From NCBI GenBank assembly GCA_963815195.1, contig CAWFGE010000008.1, positions 192,001 to 256,000 on the forward strand: DNA of 64,000 nucleotides, read 5' to 3'. A program made the translations under genes and the position numbers. How positions within the stretch are numbered: position 1 is the stretch's first letter; each line of letters opens with the position of its first letter. The notes under the pieces were generated by a model. The model did not search any database, was not told the DNA's origin, and saw only the letters and a list, made by a program, of their open reading frames with translations. The stretch comes from an uncultured Planctomycetaceae bacterium (GTDB lineage Bacteria > Planctomycetota > Planctomycetia > Planctomycetales > Planctomycetaceae). Below, in pieces: positions 42,976 to 53,604 of this stretch.

Positions 42976-43119
42976 GTGAGCGGTAGGCGCTCCTCCGGTT
43001 TCGATGAAGGGATCATCCCACAATCAACGCCGGCGGCTAGCGCCGTTCCGCTCAAGGCCGGCGGCTACGCCGTTCCGCTCAAGGCCGGCGGAGCGCCGTT
43101 CCGCTCAAGGCCGGCGGCT
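42976..43119. repeat. REP-like cluster: three tandem ~27-bp units (GCCGGCGGCTAGCGCCGTTCCGCTCAAG) plus an inverted partner
   Basis: Units from 43029; same family as the palindrome at 53605-53674; lies between convergent genes. Confidence 0.85.
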
Positions 43120-43143
43120 TGGCGTGAGTCTTTTTGGCTGGGC

Positions 43144-43806
43144 CTAGAATCGGCCTTCGATGTAGACCCCGGATCGCGGCCGGCGATAGGGCCGCCAGCG
43201 GTAATGCGGTCCAAAACCACCGAAAACGATCGGCCGCGGCGGTGCCGGTTCCACGATCACCACCGGCGGCGGGGACGGGGCGGCGACGTAAGCGGCCGGT
43301 GCAATGGCGGCCGGAGCAACGCCGGCGGGCGGGCTGGATTGCATCGCGGCGATCACGTGGTCGCTGACGCCACTGGCTTTCAGGTTGATGAGCGATTGGG
43401 GGCTGGTGTCGAACCGGCCGCCTCGGGTTTGAATGGCGTTGATGATCACCTCGTCGCCCAAGCCGTTCTGGGCCATGTAGACCACGTCGTGATTGCTGAC
43501 CGCTCCCGCGAGTTGCTGCTGTCTCTGGGTGTTTTGGGCGTAGGCATACGCGGCGTCGCGCTCGGCCCGGGCTTTTTCGGCGTCGCCCACCAAGGCTCCG
43601 CCGAGCGCCCCGGCCGCGGCTCCGACCAAGGCCCCAGTGCCCGCGTGTCCCGATCCTTCGCCGATGATCGCCCCGGTCAAAGCCCCCAGGCCCGATCCGG
43701 CCATTGTGGTCCGGGTGACCGGATCGTATTGGGCACAACCCATCGGCCAGCACGCGAAAAGTCCGAGGCCCATCCAGGGCAAAGCGAAAATGCGAATCCG
43801 TTGCAT
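43144..43806 (-). CDS. Glycine-zipper lipoprotein
   Basis: MGC lipobox-like motif; GSGLGALTGAIIG...GAAAGALGGALVG. Confidence 0.82.
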   Translation of the reverse strand: MQRIRIFALPWMGLGLFACWPMGCAQYDPVTRTTMAGSGLGALTGAIIGEGSGHAGTGALVGAAAGALGGALVGDAEKARAERDAAYAYAQNTQRQQQLAGAVSNHDVVYMAQNGLGDEVIINAIQTRGGRFDTSPQSLINLKASGVSDHVIAAMQSSPPAGVAPAAIAPAAYVAAPSPPPVVIVEPAPPRPIVFGGFGPHYRWRPYRRPRSGVYIEGRF

Positions 43807-43982
43807 TTTTGAAGTTCCATGTTTGATGCCGAGCGGAAGGAGAGATTATCCCCAAGGTTCCGATTGGAAAAATCGGCGAAGTTTACCGGCCCACATGAAA
43901 AAAGTCACCACGAATCTCGTGGTGACTCACAAAAAACCAGTTGGAGGCGGGGACCGCCTCGGAGCCGTTTTCCGAGACGAAA

Positions 43983-44639
43983 TCAATCCCGGTTAAACAG
44001 GGCGGATAAGAAACTGAGCAAACCCAGTACGAACATGATGGGCGGGTAGAAAAAGATCACGCCGCCTGCGAGTCCCGCCACAAACCAGATCACCGCAATC
44101 ACCATCGCCACAATGCCCCCGATCACCGTGGGCGGCGTCTCGCCCGACTCCCGGGACCGCGAGGAGCGTTTTTTCTTTTTCGGTTTGGATTTGGGTTTGG
44201 AGGCCCGGCGAGCCGGGGGACTTCGGCGGGGCGGCGGAGCTTCGTAGTCGTCGTAGGATTCGTAGTCGTCGTAAATTTCGTCATTGCCGTAGTCCTCGAA
44301 GTCGGTGGCAGAACCGAAGTCATCATCCGGGGTGGAAATGATCTCGAAGACGTTGGGATCCGCAACCGCCGCTTCGCGGTTGGGCTTTCGGCGTGCGGAC
44401 CGCTGGGCGGTTTTCGCCGTCGTGGAAGAGGACCGTTGCCTCACGGGAGTGGTCTCGGATGGCCGGGAAGCGGCGCGGCGCGGATTGGCGGGTTCCGCCG
44501 TGACGACCGAAGCCTCCGGCAGGGGGATTTCAAACGGCGTCGTACACTGGGGACACTTCACTTTTTTGCCCCAATGTTTGGAACTGGCTTTGATCGTCGT
44601 TTTGCATCCCGGACATTTCACTCGGACTTGATCGCTCAT
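43983..44639 (-). CDS. Zn-ribbon protein with C-terminal TM hairpin
   Basis: CPGC...GKKVKCPQC; acidic/basic linker; two TM helices. Confidence 0.78.
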   Translation of the reverse strand: MSDQVRVKCPGCKTTIKASSKHWGKKVKCPQCTTPFEIPLPEASVVTAEPANPRRAASRPSETTPVRQRSSSTTAKTAQRSARRKPNREAAVADPNVFEIISTPDDDFGSATDFEDYGNDEIYDDYESYDDYEAPPPRRSPPARRASKPKSKPKKKKRSSRSRESGETPPTVIGGIVAMVIAVIWFVAGLAGGVIFFYPPIMFVLGLLSFLSALFNRD

Positions 44640-44969
44640 CTCGGCTCCCGCAGATTGTTCCCCCAACGGGGTGAGTCGGAAATAAAGATGCCTGAAGTGA
44701 ATGAGGCGAGGCAATAGGTTAGAGGATACCGGAAATGCGAGAAGTGTCCAGAGGTGTCCGCGAAACTTTCTTGCTGTACGATTTACACAACGGGGCCCCT
44801 CGCCGAATCGGGATTTCTATTTTATCATGGCATTGGAGAACGAGTGGGAAGCTGAAACCGAACCGCTTTGTTCGCGAGTATGGTCTCTAAGTTCTGCGAC
44901 ACCAAATCCTTGCTCGCGGGTTCGATTCTGAAAGACGGATTCCTTCAAAGAAAAAACTTGAGGATCATC

Positions 44970-46928
44970 ATGGCATCTCGAATGATACTGGCGGCGGCCC
45001 TGCTCGCTTTGGGCAGTCAACAGGGACTGGCTGCGGAAGATAAGGCGAAGGCTTCGCCGGTGGGTCGAGCCGTGGCCGAGTTTTCGCTCAAGGATTATCG
45101 CGGCAAGGTGCATAAGCTCTCCGACTCGACCGACAAGAAGCTGCTGGTCGTCGTGTATCTGGGCACCGAATGCCCGCTCGCGAAACTCTATGCCCCGCGG
45201 CTGGCGAGTCTTTATGAAAAGTATGCGGACAAAGGCGTGGGCTTTTTGGGGATCAATGCAAATCGGCAGGATTCCCTCACCGAAATCGCCGCCCATGCCC
45301 GGATTCATGACCTGAAATTCCCGGTGCTCAAAGACCTGGGCAACGAAGTGGCCGACCAGATGGGAGCGGTCCGCACGCCGGAAGTTTTCGTGCTGGATCA
45401 AGACCGCAAGGTCCGCTACCACGGGCGGATCGACGACCAGTACGGCGTGGGCTACATCCGCGAGCAAGTCACCCGCGAAGACCTGGCGGCCGCGCTCGAT
45501 GAACTCCTCGCGGGCCAGAACGTCTCCCAACCGGAAACCGAAGCCGTGGGCTGTTTCATCGGCCGGATTCGGGACGTGAACCCCAAGGGCCACGTCACCT
45601 GGTCCAATCAGATCGCCCGGCTGTTCCAGAAGCGGTGTGTGGAATGTCACCGCGAAGGCGACATCGCTCCGTTTTCGCTGACGAATTACGACGAGGTCGC
45701 GGGCTGGGCGGACACGATCGCCGAGGTCATCGAAGACAATCGCATGCCGCCCTGGCACGCCAGCCCAAAGTACGGCGAGTTTGCGAACGATCGGCATCTG
45801 TCCGACGCGGAAAAGAAATTGGTCGACCAATGGGTGGCCGACGGCGCTCCCGAAGGCGATCCGAAAAACCTGCCCCAGCCGCGGACGTTCCTCACGGGCT
45901 GGCAACTTCCGCAGGAGCCGGAACTGGTCATCAACATGCGGGACGAGCCGTTCGATGTCCCCGCCGAGGGCGCGGTGCGGTATCAGTATTTCCAGGTCGA
46001 TCCCGGCTTCACGGAAGACAAGTGGATCAAAATGGCCGAGGTCCAACCGGGCAACCGCGCGGTGGTGCATCATATCCTCGTCATCGTCCGGCCGCCCGAA
46101 GGCTTTAAGAGGGGCGGCCTCGAGCGGAGCGAATGGCTCGCGGGTTATGTGCCGGGACTGCGGGCGAAAAAGTATCCGGACGGGCACGCCAAGCTCATCC
46201 CGGCGGGATCGAAGCTCGTGTTCCAAGTCCACTACACGCCGGACGGCAGCCCACAGAAGGACCTCAGCCGGGTGGGGTTGATCTTCGCCAAGCCGGACGA
46301 AGTCGAGAAGGCCATCGTGACGACGAAAGCCGTCAATCACCGGTTTCGCATTCCGCCGCACACGGACGACCACAAGGTGGAAGCCAGCAGCGGGAGCCTG
46401 CCGGTCGATGTGGAACTGTTGGCGATGATGCCGCACATGCACCTCCGCGGCAAGTCGTTCCATTACGAAGCGGTCTATCCCGACGGCAAGCGGGAAATTC
46501 TCTTGGATGTGCCGGCGTATGATTTCAACTGGCAGACGGGCTATCTGCTCGAACAGCCGAAGACGTTCCCCGCCGGCACCAAGATGCACTGCGTGGCCCA
46601 TTTCGACAATTCCAAGTTCAACCTCGCCAACCCCGATCCGAAGAAGACGGTGACCTGGGGCGATCAGACGTGGAACGAAATGATGATCGGCTACTTCGAC
46701 ATCGCCGTGCCCGTCGAAATCGTCCGCCCCGACAAAGCCAAGGACGCCAAAGACCGCGCGGCCGCGATCCTCAATCGCTACGACAAAAATCAAAACGGCC
46801 AAATCGAGCGCAGCGAACCGCCCCAAGCCCTCCTGGGAATCTTCGACCGCCTGGACCAAAACGGCGATAAAGTCCTCACCGAAGCCGAACTCCTCAAAGC
46901 CGCGAAACTGCTGCCCAACCTGCGGTGA
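44970..46928 (+). CDS. Secreted redoxin + c-type heme + copper-monooxygenase-like + EF-hand protein
   Basis: GTECPL, YHGRIDDQ, CVECH, VVHH, PHMH, EMMIG, two DxNxD/G loops. Confidence 0.82.
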   Translation: MASRMILAAALLALGSQQGLAAEDKAKASPVGRAVAEFSLKDYRGKVHKLSDSTDKKLLVVVYLGTECPLAKLYAPRLASLYEKYADKGVGFLGINANRQDSLTEIAAHARIHDLKFPVLKDLGNEVADQMGAVRTPEVFVLDQDRKVRYHGRIDDQYGVGYIREQVTREDLAAALDELLAGQNVSQPETEAVGCFIGRIRDVNPKGHVTWSNQIARLFQKRCVECHREGDIAPFSLTNYDEVAGWADTIAEVIEDNRMPPWHASPKYGEFANDRHLSDAEKKLVDQWVADGAPEGDPKNLPQPRTFLTGWQLPQEPELVINMRDEPFDVPAEGAVRYQYFQVDPGFTEDKWIKMAEVQPGNRAVVHHILVIVRPPEGFKRGGLERSEWLAGYVPGLRAKKYPDGHAKLIPAGSKLVFQVHYTPDGSPQKDLSRVGLIFAKPDEVEKAIVTTKAVNHRFRIPPHTDDHKVEASSGSLPVDVELLAMMPHMHLRGKSFHYEAVYPDGKREILLDVPAYDFNWQTGYLLEQPKTFPAGTKMHCVAHFDNSKFNLANPDPKKTVTWGDQTWNEMMIGYFDIAVPVEIVRPDKAKDAKDRAAAILNRYDKNQNGQIERSEPPQALLGIFDRLDQNGDKVLTEAELLKAAKLLPNLR

Positions 46929-46941
46929 GTTCCTTCATGCC

Positions 46942-47679
46942 TCAGCCGCGGCCGAGGTAGAGTTGATCGCTCGGCAGCACGATCGCTTCGAGGAAGTTCA
47001 CATCCGGCGGGAGCGTCAACATCGCGAGCGCGGCTTGGGCGATGGTTTCCACGGTCATCATCGGTTCCTCGTCCGCGGAGTGGCCGCTGTCCTCTCGTCG
47101 TTCCACGCGGACGTTGCCCGGGTGCAGGCAGCTGCACGCGATGTGAAACGGCCGGCCGTCGAGGGCGACCGCTTGCGTCAGCCCCCACACCCCGAACTTG
47201 GCCGCGGCGTAAGGCGAACCATTTGCGCGCGGCCGCTGCGCGGAGATCGAGCCGATGTTCAGAATCCGCCCGCCGCCTTGGTTCTTCATGATGGAGAACG
47301 CGGCCCGGCTGCACAGAAACGCCCCCGTCAGGCAGGCCCCGATCACGTTGTTCCACGCTTCGAGCGTGACTTCATCCACCCGCCCGCCGTCGAACGCCCC
47401 CGCGTTATTCACGAGGATGTCGACGCGGCCGAACCGCTTCATCACCGCTTCGAAGAACGCCGCCACCGCGTCTTCGTCGGCCACGTCCACTTGCCTTGCG
47501 AGCACATCCACCCCGTGCTCTTCCAGATCGCTTTGGGCGGCGGAGAGCTTGTCGAGGTTCCGTCCGCAGATCGCCAGATGGCATCCCTCGCCCGCGAGCG
47601 CCTGGGCAATGCCTTGGCCGATCCCGCCATTGCCGCCTGTGATCACCGCGACTTGATTTTCCAACCGTTTCCGCGCCAT
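46942..47679 (-). CDS. SDR family oxidoreductase
   Basis: TGGNGGIG, LVNNAG, YAAAK. Confidence 0.92.
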   Translation of the reverse strand: MARKRLENQVAVITGGNGGIGQGIAQALAGEGCHLAICGRNLDKLSAAQSDLEEHGVDVLARQVDVADEDAVAAFFEAVMKRFGRVDILVNNAGAFDGGRVDEVTLEAWNNVIGACLTGAFLCSRAAFSIMKNQGGGRILNIGSISAQRPRANGSPYAAAKFGVWGLTQAVALDGRPFHIACSCLHPGNVRVERREDSGHSADEEPMMTVETIAQAALAMLTLPPDVNFLEAIVLPSDQLYLGRG

Positions 47680-47801
47680 CGGGTCCCGCCTCTTTTCCAA
47701 GTGTCAAAAGAAAACTGTCGATTCCCGTTCGATCGTAGTGGATCCGTGCAAAGCTCGGCAATGGGCCGCGCGACCGGAGCGGCGGCATCTTGCCGCCGGA
47801 G

Positions 47802-47942
47802 GGGTGGCTGGGCGCAAAGGAATGTTCCCAGGAAAAAAGGGATTTGAGGCCTGGGGCCGTGTGAGATTTTTCTCGCCCGGCCGCAGCCCCAGCATTCACA
47901 GTTCGAGCCTTATCTCCAAGGGGATTTGCGCCCCAGCCACCC
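47802..47942 (+). mobile_element. TIR element, copy 4, flanked by a 33-bp direct duplication (47766-47798, 47946-47978)
   Basis: Same body as 2867-3008; flanks CCGCGCGACCG(G/T)AGCGGCGGCATCTTGCCGCCG. Confidence 0.85.
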
Positions 47943-47955
47943 GAACCGCGCGACC

Positions 47956-48048
47956 GTAGCGGCGGCATCTTGCCGCCGTGGATGGAACTACGGCGGCTGG
48001 AAGCCGCCGGTACCGAAAAACGGTTCGGGGCCGAGATGCCGCTGCTAC
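47956..48048. repeat. GTAG-type REP-like doublet
   Basis: GTAGCGGCGGCATCT ... AGATGCCGCTGCTAC inverted pair. Confidence 0.7.
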
Positions 48049-48398
48049 GGAACAACAGATTTTTTGCGATTTTTCCGGTTTTTTCGATCCGGGCGGAATT
48101 CTGTTCTGCCCGCGATTTTTTTCGCTAAAATGAACTTCGGGAAATCTCCCGAATTCCGTGAACCCGGACCCGGCAAACTGCGTTTAACGTAAGGTAAGGT
48201 GATGAGGGCGGTTCAATCCCTCGGCCGGCCAGTTTGAAAAAATTTCTAAAACCCGGCAAATCGAGTTAAGAACCCCAAATCCCCAACGAATAACCCAGTG
48301 TTTGAGAGGCCCGGCTGAGACGTTTCACCCAGAAAAACAGCCTAACCTCTTGATAAGTAAGCGTTTGTGTCCCGAACACGCAAAAGTGAGGAGTAGTC

Positions 48399-49214
48399 AT
48401 GTGTAAAAAAGCAGCGATTGGTGCAGGAGTTCTTTTTGTTGTGGGTGCCCTGATATTCGGCGTCAGCAACATGGTAAGCATGATGAAAGTCGGCGGGCAC
48501 AAGGTGTCCGACTACGTGAACGATCAGGTGCCCATCTCGGCCAAGATCGAACTGCTCGATCAGAAGCTGAACGAGCTGGGTCCGAAAATCGACGACGGCA
48601 AACGGATTGTCGCCAAGCAGGAAATCCGGGTCAAAAAGCTGAATGGTGAAATCGAAGAAAAAATGGCCGCCCTCGACAAACAATGGAATGCCATTGTCGA
48701 GTTGCGGGAAGCCGTCGCCAAGGACGAGCCGCAATACGTTTACGCCGGCCAGACTTACACCAAAGAGGAAGTTCAAAGCGACCTGGAAAAGAAATACGAC
48801 CGCTACAAAGCCGCCGAAGACGCCGCCAATCAGCAAAAAGAGCTGCTGACCGTTCGGCAGCGGGTTTTGAAGGCCAATCAACAGTCCCTGGCGAATCTGG
48901 CGGATTCCCAAGCCAAGCTCAACATCATGATCGAGAAGCTTCGCGCCCGCCAGGAAACCATCAAAGCCAAGCAGATCGAAAACCTGCAAACGGTGGACGA
49001 TTCGCCGACCGGCGACATCAAGAAGCTCTACGACAGCATCGATGAGCAACTCAGCGTCGAAGAACGCCTGATCGAAATGGAAGGCGACGACGTGGGCGAG
49101 ATCAAAGTCAACGAAACGAAGAAACAGGACATTCTCGAAGAGATCGACGCCCGCCGGGCCGAAAAAGCCGTGGACGGGAAGAAGACCGAACTTATCAAGA
49201 GTGAAATCCACTAA
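48399..49214 (+). CDS. Membrane-anchored coiled-coil protein (PspA-like character)
   Basis: GAGGAG RBS; N-terminal hydrophobic helix, long heptad region. Confidence 0.75.
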   Translation: MCKKAAIGAGVLFVVGALIFGVSNMVSMMKVGGHKVSDYVNDQVPISAKIELLDQKLNELGPKIDDGKRIVAKQEIRVKKLNGEIEEKMAALDKQWNAIVELREAVAKDEPQYVYAGQTYTKEEVQSDLEKKYDRYKAAEDAANQQKELLTVRQRVLKANQQSLANLADSQAKLNIMIEKLRARQETIKAKQIENLQTVDDSPTGDIKKLYDSIDEQLSVEERLIEMEGDDVGEIKVNETKKQDILEEIDARRAEKAVDGKKTELIKSEIH

Positions 49215-49250
49215 ATCAGGTCCTCGCGCCTGACTTGTCCGGGACATCGA

Positions 49251-49285
49251 GGCAACGGGTTTGGAAATCAGGCCCGTTGCCTTCT
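49251..49285 (+). terminator. Probable terminator/stabilising hairpin
   Basis: GGCAACGGGT...GCCCGTTGCC followed by pyrimidines. Confidence 0.45.
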
Positions 49286-49342
49286 CCCTGCCACGGTTTT
49301 CTTTAGGGTCCGCTTCGCTTTGCCAATCCGCTGAGGCTTTCG

Positions 49343-50023
49343 ATGGATAATGCCGCCGCGACTGTCAACCTTCACTCAAATCCTCCGGGGGACGCACTCG
49401 CCCGGCAGTATTTGTTGTGGGTGGACGGGGTCGGCGTGTTTCTGTTATGCCTCGAAGAGGAAGTCAGCATCGGCGGGCACCGCAAGGACGAAGATCGGGC
49501 CGACGTGTGCCTGATGTCGAACCTGGCCCGCAAACACGCCGTGATTCGCCGGGCGGCGGGTGACTACCACATCGAAGCCCGCGGCGAATTGACCTTAAAC
49601 GATCGACCGCTTTCCGAACCCGGCGGAACGTCGGCCTTGGGGCCGTCGGCGGAACTGGTTTTGGGCGGGGATGTGCCCGTGCGTTTTCGCCGGCCGAACG
49701 GTCTCAGCCTGACCGCGACGCTCGAATTTCAAAGTTCCTACAGTCCCCTCGCCGGTCAGCCGCCGATGATGGTGGACCAGGTGATTTTGATGGAACAGAA
49801 CTGTCTCATCGGCCCGGGGGCCGATCAGCATGTCCGCCTGGACGATTGCGAAGAAGGCGTGCTCTTGTACCGGAGCAAAGGCCGCTTGTGGTGCAAGTCC
49901 CGCTCGTCGTTCGCCGTCAACGACAAGCCCGTCATCCACACGAGCCGGCTGGCTTCGGGAGACGTCGTGGCGGGCCGCGATTTTCGGTTCCGGCTGGAAG
50001 CTTTGGAACCGGCGGAGAAGTAA
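49343..50023 (+). CDS. FHA-like domain protein
   Basis: VSIGG...LARKHAVIRR; upstream of kinase. Confidence 0.7.
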   Translation: MDNAAATVNLHSNPPGDALARQYLLWVDGVGVFLLCLEEEVSIGGHRKDEDRADVCLMSNLARKHAVIRRAAGDYHIEARGELTLNDRPLSEPGGTSALGPSAELVLGGDVPVRFRRPNGLSLTATLEFQSSYSPLAGQPPMMVDQVILMEQNCLIGPGADQHVRLDDCEEGVLLYRSKGRLWCKSRSSFAVNDKPVIHTSRLASGDVVAGRDFRFRLEALEPAEK

Positions 50024-50190
50024 AAACAAGTGAAGAAAAGACAGCCTCGCACGAAGTCAGCGGCAACAGAAGCGTGATAAAGTAAAACCGACCGCTTACT
50101 TCGTGCGCGGCTCTTCAGAGAGTTTTAAGAGCGACAAAACCTGTTGGCATTATTCCGTATTTCGGCCGCGAACCTGATGGCAGGCCTATT

Positions 50191-52191
50191 ATGAAACTCA
50201 CCTATCCCCCCGAATCCAAGCCGCTCGAGGGATACACGATCAAACGTGCCATTGCGCGTGGCGGGTTTGGCGAGGTGTATTACGCCGTGAGCGACGCCGG
50301 CAAGGAAGTGGCCCTCAAACTCCTCCGGCAGAACCTGGAAGTCGAGTTGCGGGGCGTGTCACAGTGCCTGAATCTCAACCATCCCAACCTGGTTTTGATT
50401 TACGACATCCGCACCGATTCGCAGGGCGACCACTGGATCATCATGGAATACGTGGCGGGCAATACGCTCGACCAGGTGCTCGATGATGCCGGGGGTCCCT
50501 TGCCTTTGCGCGACGTCCGGCATTGGCTGTCCGAGATCACCTCGGGCCTCACGTATCTCCACAGCCGGGGCCTCGTGCACCGGGACCTCAAGCCGGCGAA
50601 CATTTTTGAGAGTGGCGGCACGATCAAGATCGGCGACGTGGGGCTGTCGAAATTCATCTCCGAAAGCCAGGCCCATGCCCAGACCCAAAGCGTGGGCACC
50701 GTGCATTACATGGCCCCGGAAGTCGCCCACGGCCGCTATGGGAAAACCGTGGATGTGTATGCGTTGGGCGTGATTTTGTGGGAGATGATCACGGGCGAGG
50801 TGCCGTTCGACGGCGAATCGCAAGCCGAGATCTTGATGAAGCACCTCACCGAGCCGCCCGACCTCAACAAGCTCCCGCCGCGGTTGCGGCCGATCCTCGC
50901 GCGGGCTCTCGAAAAAGATCCGAGCCGGCGGTATCAATCCGCGGCCGAGCTGGAGCGAAACTTCGAGCGGGCGGTGAAAGACATGGAACACGGAATCACT
51001 GATCTGGCCGATACGGTTTACCCCGCCGGCTCTTCGCAGGGCAAGCGCCCGGTGGCGCCGCCGCCTCCGCCGCCCATTCACGAACGCTACGCGGCGTCCT
51101 ACGACCGCGACCGGTATTCGCGTTATGCCGGGGCGGGCGAACGCTCCGGGGGCTTGGGGGCGGGGAAGTGGATTTTGGTCGCGGTCGTCGTGATGGCTTT
51201 GTTTCCCCGGTTGATTTTCGGGCATGGGTTTTCCCGGTTGGTTGTGCTCGGCGGGTTGGTGACGGCATTGCTGTATGCTCTGAGCCGATTGCGGAATTAC
51301 GCCCTGGGCACGCCCGCTTATCCTTTGCCCCGGATCGATCGCCGGCCTCCTCCGCCGCCCCGCCCCACGCGGGAGGAACTTCGCTACGTGGCGCAGCAGC
51401 GGCGGCAAGAGCGCATGGCGGCGTTGGAGGAACGAAAGGCCGCGATCCGCGCCGCCCGAAACGCCCGCCGGTTTCAATATGCCACCCGCCAAAAACGGCG
51501 CGGCTATGCCAACGTCTCCCCGTCGGCCCAGCGGAATCTGTCCCTTCGGCAGCGGGCCTCGGAGATGTCCACCTCGTTGACGTTCGCCTCCTTGACCACC
51601 GCCTTGTTGACGGCCGGGCTCGTGTTGATGACGAGCTTTCTCGCCGACACGCGGCTGGCCTTGTTTGGGGCGGTGACGCTCATCGGTTCCTCGGTGATCC
51701 TCGGGACCGCTAAACTGCTCGAAGGCCGCGGCCAGGGTTGGGGCAACAAGCGCCTCGCCTTTTTAGCGGCTGGGGCTCTCGTGGGAGCGGCGGCGTGGTT
51801 TGTGACGACGAACCTGTTCATCACGTTCCAACAAACCATCGACGGTGACATGGCCCGCGGCGAGACCGCCTTCGGCCCCGTTTCCAGCCATATCGTTTTG
51901 ACGGACACCGCGGGACAACCGACGATTGCCGGGTTTGCCTTGTTCTTCGCCGGGCTGTTCTTCCTCAGGCGTTGGGCCTGGCATGCCGATTCCTTCCGCG
52001 ACAAGCGGTTCCGCCTGCGGTCGGTGCTGCTCACAACGGGGATCGGTTTTATCTGGGCTTTAGTCGTCGGGTTCCCCGTGATGTGGGGCGTGACCTGGGC
52101 CGCGGCCCTTTCCAGCGTGGTGCAACTGTCGGCCTGTTGGGTTCCTCCCGAAGAACGACACCGAATGATGGAGACCCAAAACAATGTCTAG
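50191..52191 (+). CDS. Membrane Ser/Thr protein kinase
   Basis: GGFGEVY, VALK, HRDLKPAN, DVGLSK, GTVHYMAPE; many C-terminal TMs. Confidence 0.93.
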   Translation: MKLTYPPESKPLEGYTIKRAIARGGFGEVYYAVSDAGKEVALKLLRQNLEVELRGVSQCLNLNHPNLVLIYDIRTDSQGDHWIIMEYVAGNTLDQVLDDAGGPLPLRDVRHWLSEITSGLTYLHSRGLVHRDLKPANIFESGGTIKIGDVGLSKFISESQAHAQTQSVGTVHYMAPEVAHGRYGKTVDVYALGVILWEMITGEVPFDGESQAEILMKHLTEPPDLNKLPPRLRPILARALEKDPSRRYQSAAELERNFERAVKDMEHGITDLADTVYPAGSSQGKRPVAPPPPPPIHERYAASYDRDRYSRYAGAGERSGGLGAGKWILVAVVVMALFPRLIFGHGFSRLVVLGGLVTALLYALSRLRNYALGTPAYPLPRIDRRPPPPPRPTREELRYVAQQRRQERMAALEERKAAIRAARNARRFQYATRQKRRGYANVSPSAQRNLSLRQRASEMSTSLTFASLTTALLTAGLVLMTSFLADTRLALFGAVTLIGSSVILGTAKLLEGRGQGWGNKRLAFLAAGALVGAAAWFVTTNLFITFQQTIDGDMARGETAFGPVSSHIVLTDTAGQPTIAGFALFFAGLFFLRRWAWHADSFRDKRFRLRSVLLTTGIGFIWALVVGFPVMWGVTWAAALSSVVQLSACWVPPEERHRMMETQNNV

Positions 52192-53065
52192 TATCGGCTT
52201 CGGAATTGTCTTTTTGGTAGTGGTCGCCTTTGTGCTGGGAACCAGCGCGCTCGCGAGCCATCGGCGGCTGTCCTGGAAAGGCAGCCTGACCCTAGGCTTG
52301 GGGAGCCTGTTGTGGGCATCGCCCGTGATTGCGGTGCTGGCATTCGTGGCGGTGCGGGTGATTCCCTATTTCCAGTTCGGCGCGGCGAACCATCACGCGC
52401 CGACGGCAAAACCGTCCTGGCTTCAAAGCGACGACGAGACCAAGACCGTGGAACTCGTGCCTTACTTCTCGAACGAGACGATGGATGTGTCGACGGACGA
52501 ATCCTCCAAGGAAAAACTGCCGGAGTGGACTTCGCACAAAATTCAACTCTTGGCGGCGACGAAGGGCCGGCCCGAACAGGAACATTGGCGGATCGTCTTG
52601 GAAAGCGATTGGGAAGTTTCGCCTGCCAAGGCCAATGAGAAGCTGAGCGATAAAGCCGCCCGGTTGGTGGGGGAAGACTTCCACCGCTTCTCTCCCGGTG
52701 GATCGGCTTTGCCTGCGGAAACCGTTCGGAATGCCGCGGTCCGCGCGGAAGCCCTCGCCGAGGAGACCTTCAACGAAGACACCAACCCCTTCAAAATGTA
52801 CAAGGCCTATTGGCAGGTGGAGCTCTCGCCTGAAGTTCGGCAGCAGGTGTCCGACACGTGGAAGCAGGAAATCTCCATTCGCCGCGCCTGGCTGTTGGGG
52901 GCCGTTCTCATGTTGTTCACTTTGATCGCGGGGACCTTGGCCGCGTATTTCCGCTTGGACGAGCGGTCCAACGGCCAACATCGGACGCGGCTGAAACTCG
53001 CCGCGGCCGCATTGATGACCGCCGGGGGCCTCGGTGTTTTGGCGACCTTGCCGCTTCTGGTTTAG
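52184..53065 (+). CDS. Hypothetical membrane protein
   Basis: Overlaps kinase stop; four TM segments around a soluble loop. Confidence 0.75.
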   Translation: MSSIGFGIVFLVVVAFVLGTSALASHRRLSWKGSLTLGLGSLLWASPVIAVLAFVAVRVIPYFQFGAANHHAPTAKPSWLQSDDETKTVELVPYFSNETMDVSTDESSKEKLPEWTSHKIQLLAATKGRPEQEHWRIVLESDWEVSPAKANEKLSDKAARLVGEDFHRFSPGGSALPAETVRNAAVRAEALAEETFNEDTNPFKMYKAYWQVELSPEVRQQVSDTWKQEISIRRAWLLGAVLMLFTLIAGTLAAYFRLDERSNGQHRTRLKLAAAALMTAGGLGVLATLPLLV

Positions 53066-53102
53066 ACGATTTGTCGCGGCGGATTGGATTTGGATGAAAC
53101 CT

Positions 53103-53133
53103 CCCCGGTTTCCGCGCGGGAACCGGGGTTTTT
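53103..53133 (+). terminator. Rho-independent terminator-like hairpin
   Basis: CCCCGGTTTCC-GCGC-GGGAACCGGGG then TTTTT. Confidence 0.6.
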
Positions 53134-53156
53134 CTGGGAACGCCGGGTGGGGAGTG

Positions 53157-53546
53157 ATGGGCAGTTTGCCGTTTTCCATTTCGGCCTACGGCGGATTGGG
53201 CCGGGCCGATGGCCTTGTTCGGCTCGAGGGGCATTCGGTGATCGTGGAGTTCGAAGTTCAAGACCGGCTCTTGGGCTGGTTTCGTTCCGAGCTCAAAGAG
53301 CAGCGGATTCCCCTTTCCGAAATCGACGACATCCGCCTGGAGACGCGCTGGTTTCGCAAGCCCCGGTTGGTCGTGCAGACCGAGACGATGCGGGTCTCCC
53401 GCCAAATTCCCGGCAGCCAGCACGGGACGTTCGAACTGACATTGGAACCCGGGCACGAACTGGCGGCGAGGCATCTCATCTCGACAATCGAAATCGCCAA
53501 GGCCGACGGCCGTGCTTCTCACCAGTCGCCCAACGGCTTAAAATAA
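53157..53546 (+). CDS. Hypothetical protein (PH-like beta pattern)
   Basis: GGGGAG RBS; GLVRLEG...IPLSEIDDIRL. Confidence 0.6.
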   Translation: MGSLPFSISAYGGLGRADGLVRLEGHSVIVEFEVQDRLLGWFRSELKEQRIPLSEIDDIRLETRWFRKPRLVVQTETMRVSRQIPGSQHGTFELTLEPGHELAARHLISTIEIAKADGRASHQSPNGLK

Positions 53547-53604
53547 GTCGTGAGAGACTGTCGCATTTGTTCGGTTTTGCGGATAAGCGGATCTCCAACA
53601 CGGA

